From Azolla caroliniana (Eukaryota; Plantae; Polypodiophyta): a stretch of 64,000 nt of DNA. The position numbers were made by a program, and so were the translations under genes. How positions within the stretch are numbered: position 1 is the stretch's first letter; each line of letters begins with the position of its first letter. Below the pieces are notes generated by a model. It ran no database searches. It saw only the letters and a program-made list of their open reading frames with translations, and was not told the origin of the DNA. Below are positions 14,745-27,099 of this stretch, in pieces. The stretch lies in assembly GCA_043228905.1 (NCBI GenBank), contig JBHGNT010000009.1, positions 19,964,001 to 20,028,000 of the forward strand, read 5' to 3'.

Positions 14745-16300
14745 GATAATTCTACATGACATTGTAGCTAAGTGTAGGGATTATGTTTGCAGGCGTTTTT
14801 ATCTATCTTTTTATGAGCAGGCTGCTTTGACTCCACCTTACTAGGACATGAAGTTTATTATTTGATGCGAGAATATGTATGGTTTTAGAAAATCTTGCAT
14901 TCTGACTTATCAAAATTTCGAGTTTTGACATTTTCTTGTGTATTGGGATACCAGAATATCTATTTACTTTATAAAGTAGTGGGCAAGAAAAAATTAAAAG
15001 AGGAATTCTATGGTGGAGAAAAAAGAAGTGTGCATGAAGGAAGAAGTAAATTTTTGGACAAACTTGCTTTCGAATCATCAGAACTTTTATGTAGTTTTAT
15101 GTTTTCGTGTGTATTGATGCCAAAATATGTATGTTTTGGAAAATCTTGCTTTCTGACTATCAACATTTCAAGTCTAAAATGTTTACATTTCTTGTCTATC
15201 AGAAGTAAATTATACTTTGATGATTTACTCATTTGAATCATGAGATGGGTAGAATGAGTAGTTTGGAAATTTCATTGTCAATATATACATGCGTATTTAT
15301 AATTTGTGGTTTAGAGTCCTGCTAGGGTTAAAAGGTAACAATATATCTCTCCTGGCAATAGATAATTCATTTGTTTTAGCTAATCAGATTTTGTAATGTA
15401 CATGGTGAAATACTAAAGCTTTTTAAGAAAGGTTTTTTAACGGTTTTCGACCCATGCGTGTGTTAGAATGGTCACTATGCAGATATCTATATTGGAGATG
15501 GCATTGGATTGAATAAACGTGAATCATTCAGTACATGTTATTGCCAATGAGCTCACTATATCGCCAACCATATTGGAGATGGCATCTGATCTGATTGAAT
15601 GAATGTCAATCAATCATTCAATGCATATAATGTTTGATGAGCTAGGGTTTGCAAGCAAATGTAGGAAGAAAAAAGTTTATGAAGGACAGTGGATGCTGCT
15701 CCACAATCTCAATGGAGGTGTTGATGAAGTTTCCGTAAATCTGATTGAACGTATGCACGAACCCCTGATTGCCTTTTGTATCATTATCGATTATAAAATG
15801 ATGATAATTAGATGGCCCTGAAAGTATTGCAAAACACCCAATGAAGTTTATGTAGGTCTTTCCTTGGAAAAATGATGTTAGGTTAATTGATGAGTAATGT
15901 AAGGAGGGAGAGCAGAATCATGAACGATCAACTCGATATTCATCTTTGCATCAACGCATCTTAGAAGGAACAATGGAGGTGTAATCACATAATTGAATGT
16001 TGACTCAATTACTCGCCCTAGTTTCTGTCTAATTTGCCACCTCAATTGTCATATAGTAATGACATGACATGACATGAGAGGTTTGCGGGTAAAATATCAA
16101 ATATTGTACTTGCGAATGGTCTCACTATTTGAGTTGTCCAAACGATGACGGCACGACCGTGGGAAAGGTAATTTTTTTTAGAAGTAGATTCCTAATTATG
16201 TTTATACCTTCAAGTGGGAGCTGTAAAATCCTGCCCACGGGAGTCACATCTTTTTGGAGAAACATGCGATCGTGCAATTATGCTTGCGTACCATGGGAAT

Positions 16301-16545
16301 TAGGAATCGCCAATGGCTCGGCTCAAGCTTGAACCGAGTAGTTAAACCATTTATAAACGGTTTGTCGGTTCGGTTCATGCTTGAGCCTCCTTAACCTGTT
16401 TATGCTCGGTTTGTCAAGGCTCAAGCCGAACCGAACCATTTATGGCTAAATCAGTTACTAAACGTTTAGCGTTAACCGGCTTGGCCAAACCAGTTAAGCC
16501 TTAACCAGTTCGGTTCAAGTTTGAAAACTGTCAAACCGGTTAGGG
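16301..16545. mobile_element. hAT-type MITE remnant related to 3435-3625, right end missing
   Basis: Left end TAGGAATCGCCAAT resembles the 3435 TIR; shared ggctcaagcc..gaaccg and ttcgg(c/t)tcaagtttgaaaa blocks. Confidence 0.55.
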
Positions 16546-16594
16546 GGCGGATGAAGCTTTTTGTGGCCTGAGTGTGGCAGAGGCTGCAGGTCTC

Positions 16595-17063
16595 ATGGCG
16601 ATCTCTTCTCCTCTCGGATTTCAAGGAGTTCTTTCCATCTCTCATTTACCTCTGTCTCCTTCATCCTCGTCTCCCAGATTAATTAGGGTTTCTTCATTGC
16701 CCTGCAATACAGCCAGATTTCCAGGCATCAGAGTCTTCTCCTCTCCTCAAGATCAAGAAGACACGCCATCATCCATAGCATCAGAGACGATCATTCCTTT
16801 CATCGACTTGGTATTCCTCAGTGTATGTTTCTTCGCGTCCTTTCTTCTCCCTCACTTTTTCTTGTCTGTAACTTTATTTAAGGAATTGCTCTTTTCTCAG
16901 AGGGGAAATGAGTCTTTCTGCGATGATAATTCATCAGTATATACGCATTCATATAATGTGTTTCTCTGAGATGCTAAACCTCAGAAACTTTTATGTTCTT
17001 TAAGAGTTAGCGAGTCCTTTTTCGAGATGCTAAATCTTGGAAAGTTGTATACTGTATAAGAGT

Positions 17064-17104
<41 letters not shown>

Positions 17105-20100
17105 GGGATACTAGAAACTTGCATATTGTTTAAACAGTTAATCAATCCATTTCTGAGATACTAAATCTTCGAAGGTACAGTCTTTTCTTCCATGGAAGAT
17201 AATCACTCTTCTTAGGCTGCGGAAGTATATATGTGCGTGTATATCTGTATACACACATACTTCTGCAGCCTAAGAAGAGGGAATTACAACTTATATGTAT
17301 GATCATATTCCCGGGGCATCAAAACTGGGTTGTTTTTACTAGCCATGCCACATTTGGTGATATTCTTGTTGTACCATCACCAGGTAAGATATCAACTGGG
17401 GGGGTAAAAAGATTCTGGTATTCTATATTTGATGTGACTCAATCTATCAATAACTCTTCAAATAGAGGTGGTGGTGGTAATCCTCTTGTCACCAGATTTA
17501 GTCCCCCACAAAATATTAAAAATGGCGAGTTGAGAAAGAAAGATATATTAATGTCTTCTAAGACCAAATTTGGCCCATGAGATAATTGATTACAATAATG
17601 GGTATGTGTACCTAATCATTGAAAATAAAAAATAAAAAAAACATAAAGAAGAGAGTTTGAGCGTGGTACAAGAAATGTTATGGGGTGTAGCATGGTCTAT
17701 AAAGGACATGGCTATGTGTTGAGAGACTAGTTTCATTTCCATCCAAGTCTCTCGAAAAGGAGTGGGGGGTTGAAGGGTTTTGATGCAGGTGTGGCCCGAG
17801 GTCTCAATGCAAATGGTATCCCATCCATAGCTTCTAGGCGGGGTAACTGACGTTCCCTTATCTTGTTAATTGCTTCTTGACGATGACTGACTTTGAAGCC
17901 TGTATCCAAGGGCATTTGGTTGTTCTTTGGTTTTTTGCTTTAGTGAGGCAGAGGCCGAGTGCTGCAGGTGTGTCCACGTTCATCCTCCACCCTTGTCCTT
18001 GAAAAATTTCAATGGTGATGTGTTGGTGAATATTAGAAAGGTTATGGTTAACATTTTGTAGCTTATTCTCTTTATGCTGTTTTAACTCTAAGATATACCT
18101 ACCTAGTGTCTTTGTATCTGAGGTATCCAATAGTTGGGAGAGGGTCCAAGTATGCCTTGGTATTTTTCTCTTATATGAGCAAGTCTCACGGTGTGTACGA
18201 TGCTCTGATGGCCTATCCAATTGCTTCACCAACACCATTGGTGTAAAACAAGGTTATTAATGCCTAGGCTGTTTGCGAAACACCAACTTACCACAGTACT
18301 ATATCAAGAGCTAGTATCTCTGGACTCATAGAGTGATCGAGATGCTGCGAAAGCTTCAAGGGATATCCTATCTTCTGATTGGCTATGCATCCCATTAATA
18401 AAAATTATTACTTGAAAAAGTGCTTCTACTAGCATAGGGGGTCAACTGAATTCTGCTCTAATGATTTCATGTGGCACCGTTGATTTGCTTTGGATTTGTC
18501 GTGATAGCATCGTGGCCAATGGTCTCTCCAATTGCAACCACATGAATGCTGTCAGCCCCGGAGCCCAAACCTCTGCCTCATACACGAGGGAAGGGGTTAC
18601 TAATGAGCGAAGAGCCACCCCTTTGTTCGTGGCTCTTGGAAGTCTGCCAGGTGGTATTAACTAACCCCTTCATGAAACTAGGAAAGATTTGAGCTAAAAT
18701 TCACGAATTAGAAAAAGTTCACAAGGAATGGGCATCTCTTTGGTATTTTTATATTCCAGGTGATAAAAAATGGTTCTCTTTGATTGAATGAGCAAACAAT
18801 AGGGATTGAACCTGCATATGATGGATTTGCAGTCCATTGCCTTAACTACTTGGCCTCATCTGCCCTCTGCTATTCACTCGGGCCCTCCAAGTTGGGGAAC
18901 AGGATCTGCCCATTAAGCCATTGATAGCTTGACCCATCTTTTATATATTTTGGCATTTTGCATGATCCATCCTAGGAAATCACACTAAACATATCCACTG
19001 CTCACCCTATAATTTTAAATCAGACCAGATGTAGTTTTATGTCATAAATCAACAGTTTTTTAATGTAGATTGAATGTTTCAAAATTAATTTGATTGAGTT
19101 TTGTTTCTTTCATATGGCATTCTGTTTGACTCAATGTTAGGACATTTGATCACAATTGCCAAAACGTTAGAAACTTTAGCTTTATACCTGATATTTCTCT
19201 TGTTTATGAATGTTAATTTGTCTCTTCTTTCTGCAGCCAGAAAATGGTGCTGCCAATGTAGACACTGTGTCAGTTAGTAGTGGTGAGAAGCTACTTCGTA
19301 CTGTGATGAATGATGAGAAACTAGAGCTGTACAATCTCTATGTAAGCAAAATAATTGTTTTCGTTTTCAATCTTTTTCATTTATCCTCGTAGTTGTATCT
19401 TTGGGTAGATAAACAACTGAAGTGGTCACCTTTTTGACAGGGAAAAGTTATGAATTGTGGTGGAGGTGGCAGCTGTGGAACATGCATTGTGGAGGTCTAA
19501 ATACATAATTGTTTTTCTATACCCTGATTAAATATGCATGCAAATGATATTGAGTACATGTAGAACTTTCCAACATTGATCACATTTACTTTGTTATATA
19601 CAATCCTGCTGATGCTGATTATTGTATTTTTAATTGTTATCTTGCAGATTGTAGAAGGAAGTGATCTTCTGAATGAAAGAACAGATGCTGAATATCGGTT
19701 CTTAAAAAAGGTGAACAGATTTTGGAAAGTTTTTTGAGTTGACGTATTTTCTGTTAAGAGAAGCAGGTCCAAGCAGTGGTTAAGTATTTTTTAGCAAAAA
19801 GTTTAAAACGTTCATTGAAAAATCCGATAGTTCTTGAAGGGAAAATGATCAGAATTTGAAAGCTCCATAATTTCTTAAAAGTTTAAGGATTCTTACCTTA
19901 AGTTTACAACTCAAAAGTTTTTATTTTCAAAAAGTTTACCTTACATTAACCTTGGTATTGTTTTTGTGAGTCCTGAATCTAAGCATCCTGGAATATCCAC
20001 GATTTCTTCACGTCATGCATCATTTTAATCTGCTGTTACACCACATTTATATCCCAGGAATGAGGAGTCTAATGCAGAAGAAGTTAGGTTCTAGAGCCAT

Positions 20101-20844
20101 CTAGAAAGTCAAAGGAGGGTACAAGTACATTAATCTTCCGAACAGTCAAAACATGTCAAGCTTACACCAGAAGAATAACAATGCTATGTCTAGATTCTAG
20201 AAGAAAGGAGGGTACAAGTACATTAATCTTCCGAACAGTCAACATGTAAAGAGGTCAGGATCTTCTAGAATCTAGACATAGCATTGTTATTCTTCTGGTG
20301 TAAGCTTGGCATGAAAATGCATACGACATCAAATGTGAAATTGATAGGGGTGACATTGTTAACTTCTAGTAATGGATGCTTTTACCCTTTCCCACTTGCG
20401 GTGAAGGATTCAGGATGAACGTGGAAAAGCCCTTCCTGACATGAAAGACAGTATGCTTGAATGAAGTTTTGCCTCGCTGTGTGATGCAATGGTGAAGAGA
20501 TTTGGAATCAAAGCACAAACACAACTAAGCAAAGTTCCTGTAGTCTGCTTTACATTTAAGTGCTAGTTATGACTCTCAAAAGCCTTGAGACATTTCAATT
20601 AGGAGTGTTTTTTTTATCTTTTAAGCTTCCTCATTCAGCTGATTACTCCCACAATGCAGAAACCAGAGAACTGGAGACTTGCCTGCCAGACTATTGTTGG
20701 GAACAAGTCGAACTCTGGCAAGGTATTATTTTCATTAGAAGTTTGTGAGTAATGAATATGCTGTCCAATTTTGATCAAATTTAGTTATGACACAATCAAT
20801 GGTTTCAGGTGGTGGTGCAAAGGTTGCCTCAAAAGAAAAAATAG
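16595..20844 (+). CDS. Plastid 2Fe-2S ferredoxin-like protein (PnsB3/NDF4 family, At4g32590-like), ~182 aa, 6 exons
   Basis: Exons 16595-16822, 19237-19341, 19441-19494, 19648-19710, 20660-20722, 20809-20844, GT-AG, all phase 0. Ser-rich transit peptide; SGEKLLRTVM, GKVMNCGGGGSCGTCIVEI, LLNERTDAE, KKKPENWRLACQTIVGNK, VVVQRLPQKKK. Confidence 0.93.
17067..17100. repeat. (TC)n microsatellite in intron 1
   Basis: Uninterrupted TC run. Confidence 0.9.
18791..18863 (-). pseudogene. Decayed tRNA-Cys(GCA) of bacterial/organellar type
   Basis: 73-nt cloverleaf GCAGATG AG GCCA AGTAGTTA AGGC A ATGGA CTGCAAA TCCAT CATAT GCAGG TTCAATC CCTAT TGTTTGC T: perfect anticodon stem, U73 discriminator, acceptor and T stems eroded by transitions. 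Confidence 0.75.
20152..20313. repeat. 53-bp inverted repeat (hairpin) in intron 4
   Basis: Arms 20152-20204 and 20261-20313, complementary except one T-G pair; 56-nt loop. Confidence 0.9.
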
Positions 20845-23578
20845 GACAAATCTCACTTGAAAACTCCAGTGAAACAACATTACTGTACTCATGAAATGAA
20901 GGTCGGGGAATTTATTGTCGTACTAGATCCAAATTGTTTGCCATATGATACAACCCTCTACTCATCTGTTATTTTCCTCTCAAGCTTTGGTGATGATAAT
21001 CCTCCCTTCTTGAGCAGATAATAGCATTAGGCGCTGTGTTATACTTTTTTTATTCTATGGGAAAAGCTGTCATTGGCATGTTGAAACTAAATAAAGAGTA
21101 ACTTTTAAACATTTGCAAGATTGTATTTTTGAGTGGTTTCATTGTATTTGTGGGGTCAAACTCCACAACTTGCTGAAGGAAAGAAATGATGATGACATTT
21201 ACTGTAGTTTTTCTAATCGTTGCATGAAATGGCATTGCATTTCAATAGGGCCAAATTTAGAGACAAATAATTGGATGGGTCTTATCTGTGTTGTGTTGGT
21301 TTAAGGCACTTATGACTCTCTAAATATAATTGTTGTACATTTTAGAATACAACACTAGTTCAAATCTTGATGAACAGTCTTGGATGAATTACTCCTAGTT
21401 TAATGCTTTATGAGCATGACACTTTGATTGATTTGGTTAACGAAGTTTTTCTCATATCTAACATAAAGCAATTTTCTCACAATTGTATTCAAGTTATTGA
21501 TTTATGAGATATGCAAGTAAAGGTAGACATGAATCGATCTAGTATATCTTGACAATCTACCTCAGACTTTGTTGAACACAAAACTATGATGAGTTGTGAA
21601 TGATCGGAATTGTAAAAACTTCTCTAAATTATCATATAAAATTAGCATATAAAATTCAACTTTTCTATAGACTTCTCAATATTCGTGTCAAATACCATTG
21701 AACTTATATATCTTGTTAAATTTTGAGATCATTGGGCATTTGTCGTTGCCTAAATTTTGCTATTACAATGCTAGAGTGGCCTTGGGAGTAGGTGAATGTA
21801 AGAATGGTAAACATTTTCCTTGTGTCTTTATTGCTAGGCTTAAAGGATGTTCTTCCATCCTGCACATTGGGCGAGTCTTTGTGCTTCTATGCTTGATTTT
21901 GACGTGCAACAATCAAAGCAAGAAACACCTTATAACACTTCTCTCATGATTCTTAGGCCATAAAGTATGTTGTGGTAATTGAAAGGAGAATAAAAATTAT
22001 AAAGGTAAATTGTTTTATTATTTTATGTACGCCTAGGAACATGAAGACTTGTTTTGGAACCTTTATTGAAATAAAACATTCTAGAAGCCAATTTCATCAT
22101 CTTTTCAATGGAACATTCTAGAATCTTATTGGGAGACAAATCTCCAATGTCTTTGATACTAATTTCCTTGAATATATTGTATTATGAATGCCACAATCAA
22201 CCACATCATTTCCAAAATAAATTAATCAATTTAAAAAGTTTTTTGTTATACTAATATCAAAAGTTTGATAGTTCCATTAGAGTGATGAAGTTCAACATCC
22301 AAAAGAACGCTCTTAAATGGCCGACGAGCTCATTGTTTTGTGCTATTGTAATTAGTGTCCATGCATTTAACAATATCATAACACTTTCAAGCACATCATT
22401 AATATGAAGCATGTTGGTTTCTAGAAGAGTAACAATGGTGGATTTTATAACTATGCTAGGGAATAAAATACACCATCTCAATTGGATCATAGTTTGTTAT
22501 CGTGGCTAATAACAATGGTGTATGTTAGATTTAATAGATTATCACTCACATATAATCACAAGCACCTAAAATCAAAAGGTCAAGTGTGTTTGCACGTGCA
22601 AGCCCCCTATGGCTAGGGTAAGGAACTTTGTAAATATGCTATTCTTTGGTTCATTTCCTTGTTCAACTAGTCAAATAGTTTCCCATTCTCATTAATGATA
22701 TTATGCCGCATCAACAATAGTTTTCATTTGGATTATAGGTTTGAGCCTAGGTTTATTACTTTCCCCAACAATATGTTATGCAACATCATTGATTATTTTC
22801 ATTTCGGCGGTAGGTCTAAATCCATATTTATGGTTCACATGTTTTGGCAAAAGGATATTATGTTATTTTTACTTTCTAGGTGATATATCTTTTTCTTCTT
22901 GGTCCATGAATGTAAGCACCTTCTTTTATTTTGCATGAAATGACATGTCACAAAGTGCAAGAGTTGTATTGAATCCATTAGGTGAAGGGAGTGCCACTTA
23001 TGAACAATTATGAAAACATGGCATGGACACAATCCTATATCAAGATCAATTTGTAGTTGCTCAAATAGGTGAATATTTGTTGGTTAGAATGCTTTCCTTC
23101 ATAGTTTAGGTTACCACACAAAAGACACTACCTTGCAACATTGCATGATTCTTACATTCATAATTGACCACCTAGTGTACTAGCTTTATGTCATCAACAG
23201 TTAGGTAGATCATCTTGAGCTAACATGGAAGGGCTACCCTAGAAAATAAAATTACATTCATCATCATAGAAGTGTAATCTTATTGATATTGAAAGTTTTG
23301 AACATTGGGAAAAAAAGCACTTAATCCTAGTGTGTGAAAATGTACTATGTATCAGGAATTCAATGTGGTGGGACTATAGGGGCCCTAGAAAACAAGACTA
23401 TACCTAATGGCAATGCAATATATTGGTCCATAACTTAGGAGGGATTCAAAATCTTGAACAACGAATATAAATAATTATCATAGTGGTTGAAGACGTCACA
23501 TTTTGTTTGAAGTTTGAGACCAAACTTGCCTAATGGTTAATAATAGGACTAATTATAAACTCTTCAACTTTACAACAA

Positions 23579-23650
23579 GGGCATTTGGTCTAGTGGCATG
23601 ATTCTTGCTTAGGGTGCAAGAGGTCCCGAGTTCAATTCTCGGAATGCCCC
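23579..23650 (+). tRNA. tRNA-Pro-AGG: tRNA-Pro(AGG), cytosolic type
   Basis: GGGCATT..CTTGC TTAGGGT GCAAG..CCGAG TTCAATT CTCGG AATGCCC C; upstream TATA-like (~23554) and CAA motifs; TTTT terminator 23654-23657. Confidence 0.95.
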
Positions 23651-26600
23651 TAATTTTGCTAAATTCAATAACAAATTTAGGAACTTGAACAATAATAGAG
23701 CATAATATTTATTTATTCACATGTGTATCACGTGAAATGTAATATTTTTGGTCTCATAGGTCATATTTCACCTTCAAAGACGATAATAGAATCTATCTAT
23801 CTATATATCTTGTGGGCATTCGTCTATCATCATAATTTCTCTCTCTAGTTGGAACAACATGAGAGGGCACACAAGATAATCCTATGAGGCCAACTTGGGT
23901 CAATACAACCATGTCTTGCTCATCCTAAACCCTCCTCAAGATGAGGGTGAGTGCTTGCAAGTATGAAGTAAAGAATAGAACAGATTTTTTATTGTCCGCA
24001 AAGAGGCCAACTTTGATCTATTGATTCTTGAGCCAAATAAACATATCGTCTTGTATGTGAGTCCTTCCTAGGAAGGGGCATTATTGATTCACAGTAAAAA
24101 CTTGTGCACATCACCAACATAATGTAGAAGACAACGTAAAACAAAATTCTCTCTTCTAATTGGGCAAATAGCACCTATAAATGGTTTAAGAGATGGTGTT
24201 GCCAAAATTGCTCAAACAACACAACCTTAATGCTCACAAAAGACATCAAACAAATCATGCCATATTGATGCTTCAATAACCAAAAGGAACAAGGATACCA
24301 AGAATAGCAAATTGCAATAGTATTGCGTTGGTGAAACTCAATATTTGAGCAATAGTTGTCCTTGAAATTGGGCCATAGAGGGCCATAGAGGGCACTAGGA
24401 AAATTAGACTCAACTTAAACGAAATGAAATGTATGGTCCATAATCCATGAAAGATTCAACATTTTGAACAAGGAATCATAGTGGTCCAAGAAGTCACATT
24501 TTGCTCCAATTTTGAGACCAAACTTACAAAAGGGTTCATATAAACTTCAACTTTACGACCATGGAAGCAAATAGTCTATCTTTTGTATAAATCTCTCTCT
24601 CTCTCTCTCTCTCTCAATGTATTCAAGTGACACAATATAAATTCCTTCAATAAAATTCTTAAAATGTCCAACTTAAATATAGGTAAAGTAGTCATAAAAG
24701 TCAATTTTTAGTAAATATGGAGGTTCATGTGGCAATTGTTACTAAAAATTATTATAAGAAAATTTTCTTATAATAATTGTTACATATTTTTTTGCAAGTC
24801 ATGTCTAGAAATATCTCCATAATTTGGAACTTTTTATGTAGCATGGAAAAGGTTCCTTGATCTTGCATTCTAAATTATATCGATTTTATCTTTTCTTTTT
24901 AAGGTAGGGCTTTGCATCACGAGTCAATGATTTTTTTTGCCAATTATTATAAGAAAATTTCATTGACCTCAACCCATGAATGGATTCTTTTTTAAAACAA
25001 GACATTATGTGTGATGTACCACTGTCTCCCGTTTGCGAATGTGTTGATGAATTATGAATTAACATAGGACATAGAGAGAAAAAGAGAGAGGAATAGCTAG
25101 TTTATGACAACTTTATGTAATGGTGAAATATGTGGGCATATTTCATTTTATAGGGAGCATGCCATGATAAAAATGTTTCATTACCCTTTTATGAAACGTC
25201 TCAAAATATAGGCTTTATGAAGTCCACTTTTAATTTTTGCCAGGCTTCTTAAAATAGGAGATTGCAATACTAAAGAATATTGTTAGGCCAAATAATATGT
25301 ATGACCGAGCTAACTAGAAAACTCACCATGGCATAATCCAGGAAATAAAGCTACAAGACCTTGATGTATTTCAAGAGGGGGATGGGGGATATAATTTCAA
25401 ACTATGCCACACAATTAATCTAAATCCAGTAGAATAAAAATTGTTCTTTTGTTACATATATCCTTGCGTTGGGTTTGGTCTCGACTATCTACACGATTGA
25501 ATATTATGTGATGTAGGATTTTCTTGGTTCATGTGGTTATTGTGCTAAATTAATTTGTCATTGTCTATTTACATTTAATCCATCAATTCTTATTATTTTC
25601 TTGGTACACGTTGTTATTGTGTTAGATCAATTCAATTTAGTTGTCTATCCATGTTTAATTGATTGATTAATAAATTAGATGGAACAAGGAGCTTCAACTT
25701 TGACATAGCACATACAAGTAATCTTCAAAATCATTGTGCATACTTTTTTTTGAATTTCTAATACATAATAAGCATTGTTTTTTATCGTTTTGCCATCCTT
25801 GAGCGCATGTTGTGCATAGGACCAAGTATTTCGAGTCAAAGCTAACTTTTATTGCTCTTGTCAAAAAGATCAAACACATTTTTGAGATATTTAATGTGTT
25901 GTATGCACTAGAATGTTTTAAATACATATGAATTATCAAGCAAAAGCAAGTGATGAGATGGAACCACGTAATTTGCATATCAGAGTGTGTAGTTGAGATA
26001 AGGCTTGATCTCTAAGGTCACAATAAATGTTGAAAGATGCTATAACAGTCAAAGTTCTTATGATATTGTTGAAAATTAGGCAACGGGCCCTTAAAAACCT
26101 TGAATATTATGACCAAAATAATTAACTTTTAAGCATAAGGAATCGAATTCACAATAATAAATATGTCTTATCTATCCTTAAAAAAGTTGTCCCACTTGGA
26201 ACACTTGAGTCTCACGTCACTATGAGTATGATATATCCTTAAAGGACCCGAAAATAGTAGTCCAATTCCGTAAGTTAGAGTTATTGTAGGCTTACAACCT
26301 ATGGGCGAAATGGATGATAATACATGCTCGTAATCTATAATGAGAACTTAACTCCAATTCTATGTTATCAAGTGGCATTTTTTCCAAAGTATTTATTTTT
26401 CTTTGAAGCATCCTTGAAAATCCTTTCTTTTTTCCAAAACAAAAAAACTCCTTGCATTAGTTATAAAATTTCATAGTTGTGAATGTTATATACAAACCAC
26501 AGAAGGGGCTTGATAGTTCCACCTTATGTGGAGGCCCACTGATTCAAGAAAGGAAGAGGACGACCATTGCTGGATGAAGGCTAAACGTTGTCTTTCGGCT

Positions 26601-27099
26601 CCTTTTCATCTGCCCATGATGCCATCGTATTGGCTATTTAGTGTGGCCACAACTTCACTCAATAACATCGCCTAGTGAATGGTTTGATCGGAGAAGACTT
26701 GCCTACAATCTTGTTTCCAAATAGTCCATAGTGTTATTGGGCTGACCAATTCCATATATCACCTTGAACATTTTTTTTTCCCCAGAAATACCTTGAATAT
26801 TGTCACAACTTATTGTAAGTCGTAACAATAAAATTATAGTGCCACTAGGTGGGTTATTATATAAGGTTTTGACAAATTTAAACTAGTAGCTATACATTTT
26901 CAATGCATTTTTTGCTATTCTTTGGAACATGCTTGCCATTGTTTTTATGAAAGAACTACATACAAATATAGAAACAAGAGCTTTATCTTTTTCCAAATAA
27001 GAATATACTCCATTAGTTAAAATGACCTACAATACACAACTTTAGTCCCTTTAACGGGTAATCATTACCTACTTCCATATGGGCTACATCACTTATTTA

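Noticed and set aside
18165-18210. Group II intron domain V-like sequence
   Set aside because: Only a vague resemblance; no convincing catalytic triad or pairing.
17733-18238. Nested minus-strand genes in ferredoxin intron 1
   Set aside because: Short ORFs with no recognisable motifs or splice structure.
21950-23200. Decayed DNA transposase
   Set aside because: Cys/His-containing fragments only; no identifiable catalytic motif.
23716-23768. Long-range inverted match to ~63480-63528 as TIRs of a giant element
   Set aside because: About 45 bp, no TSD; a dispersed repeat fragment is the simpler explanation.
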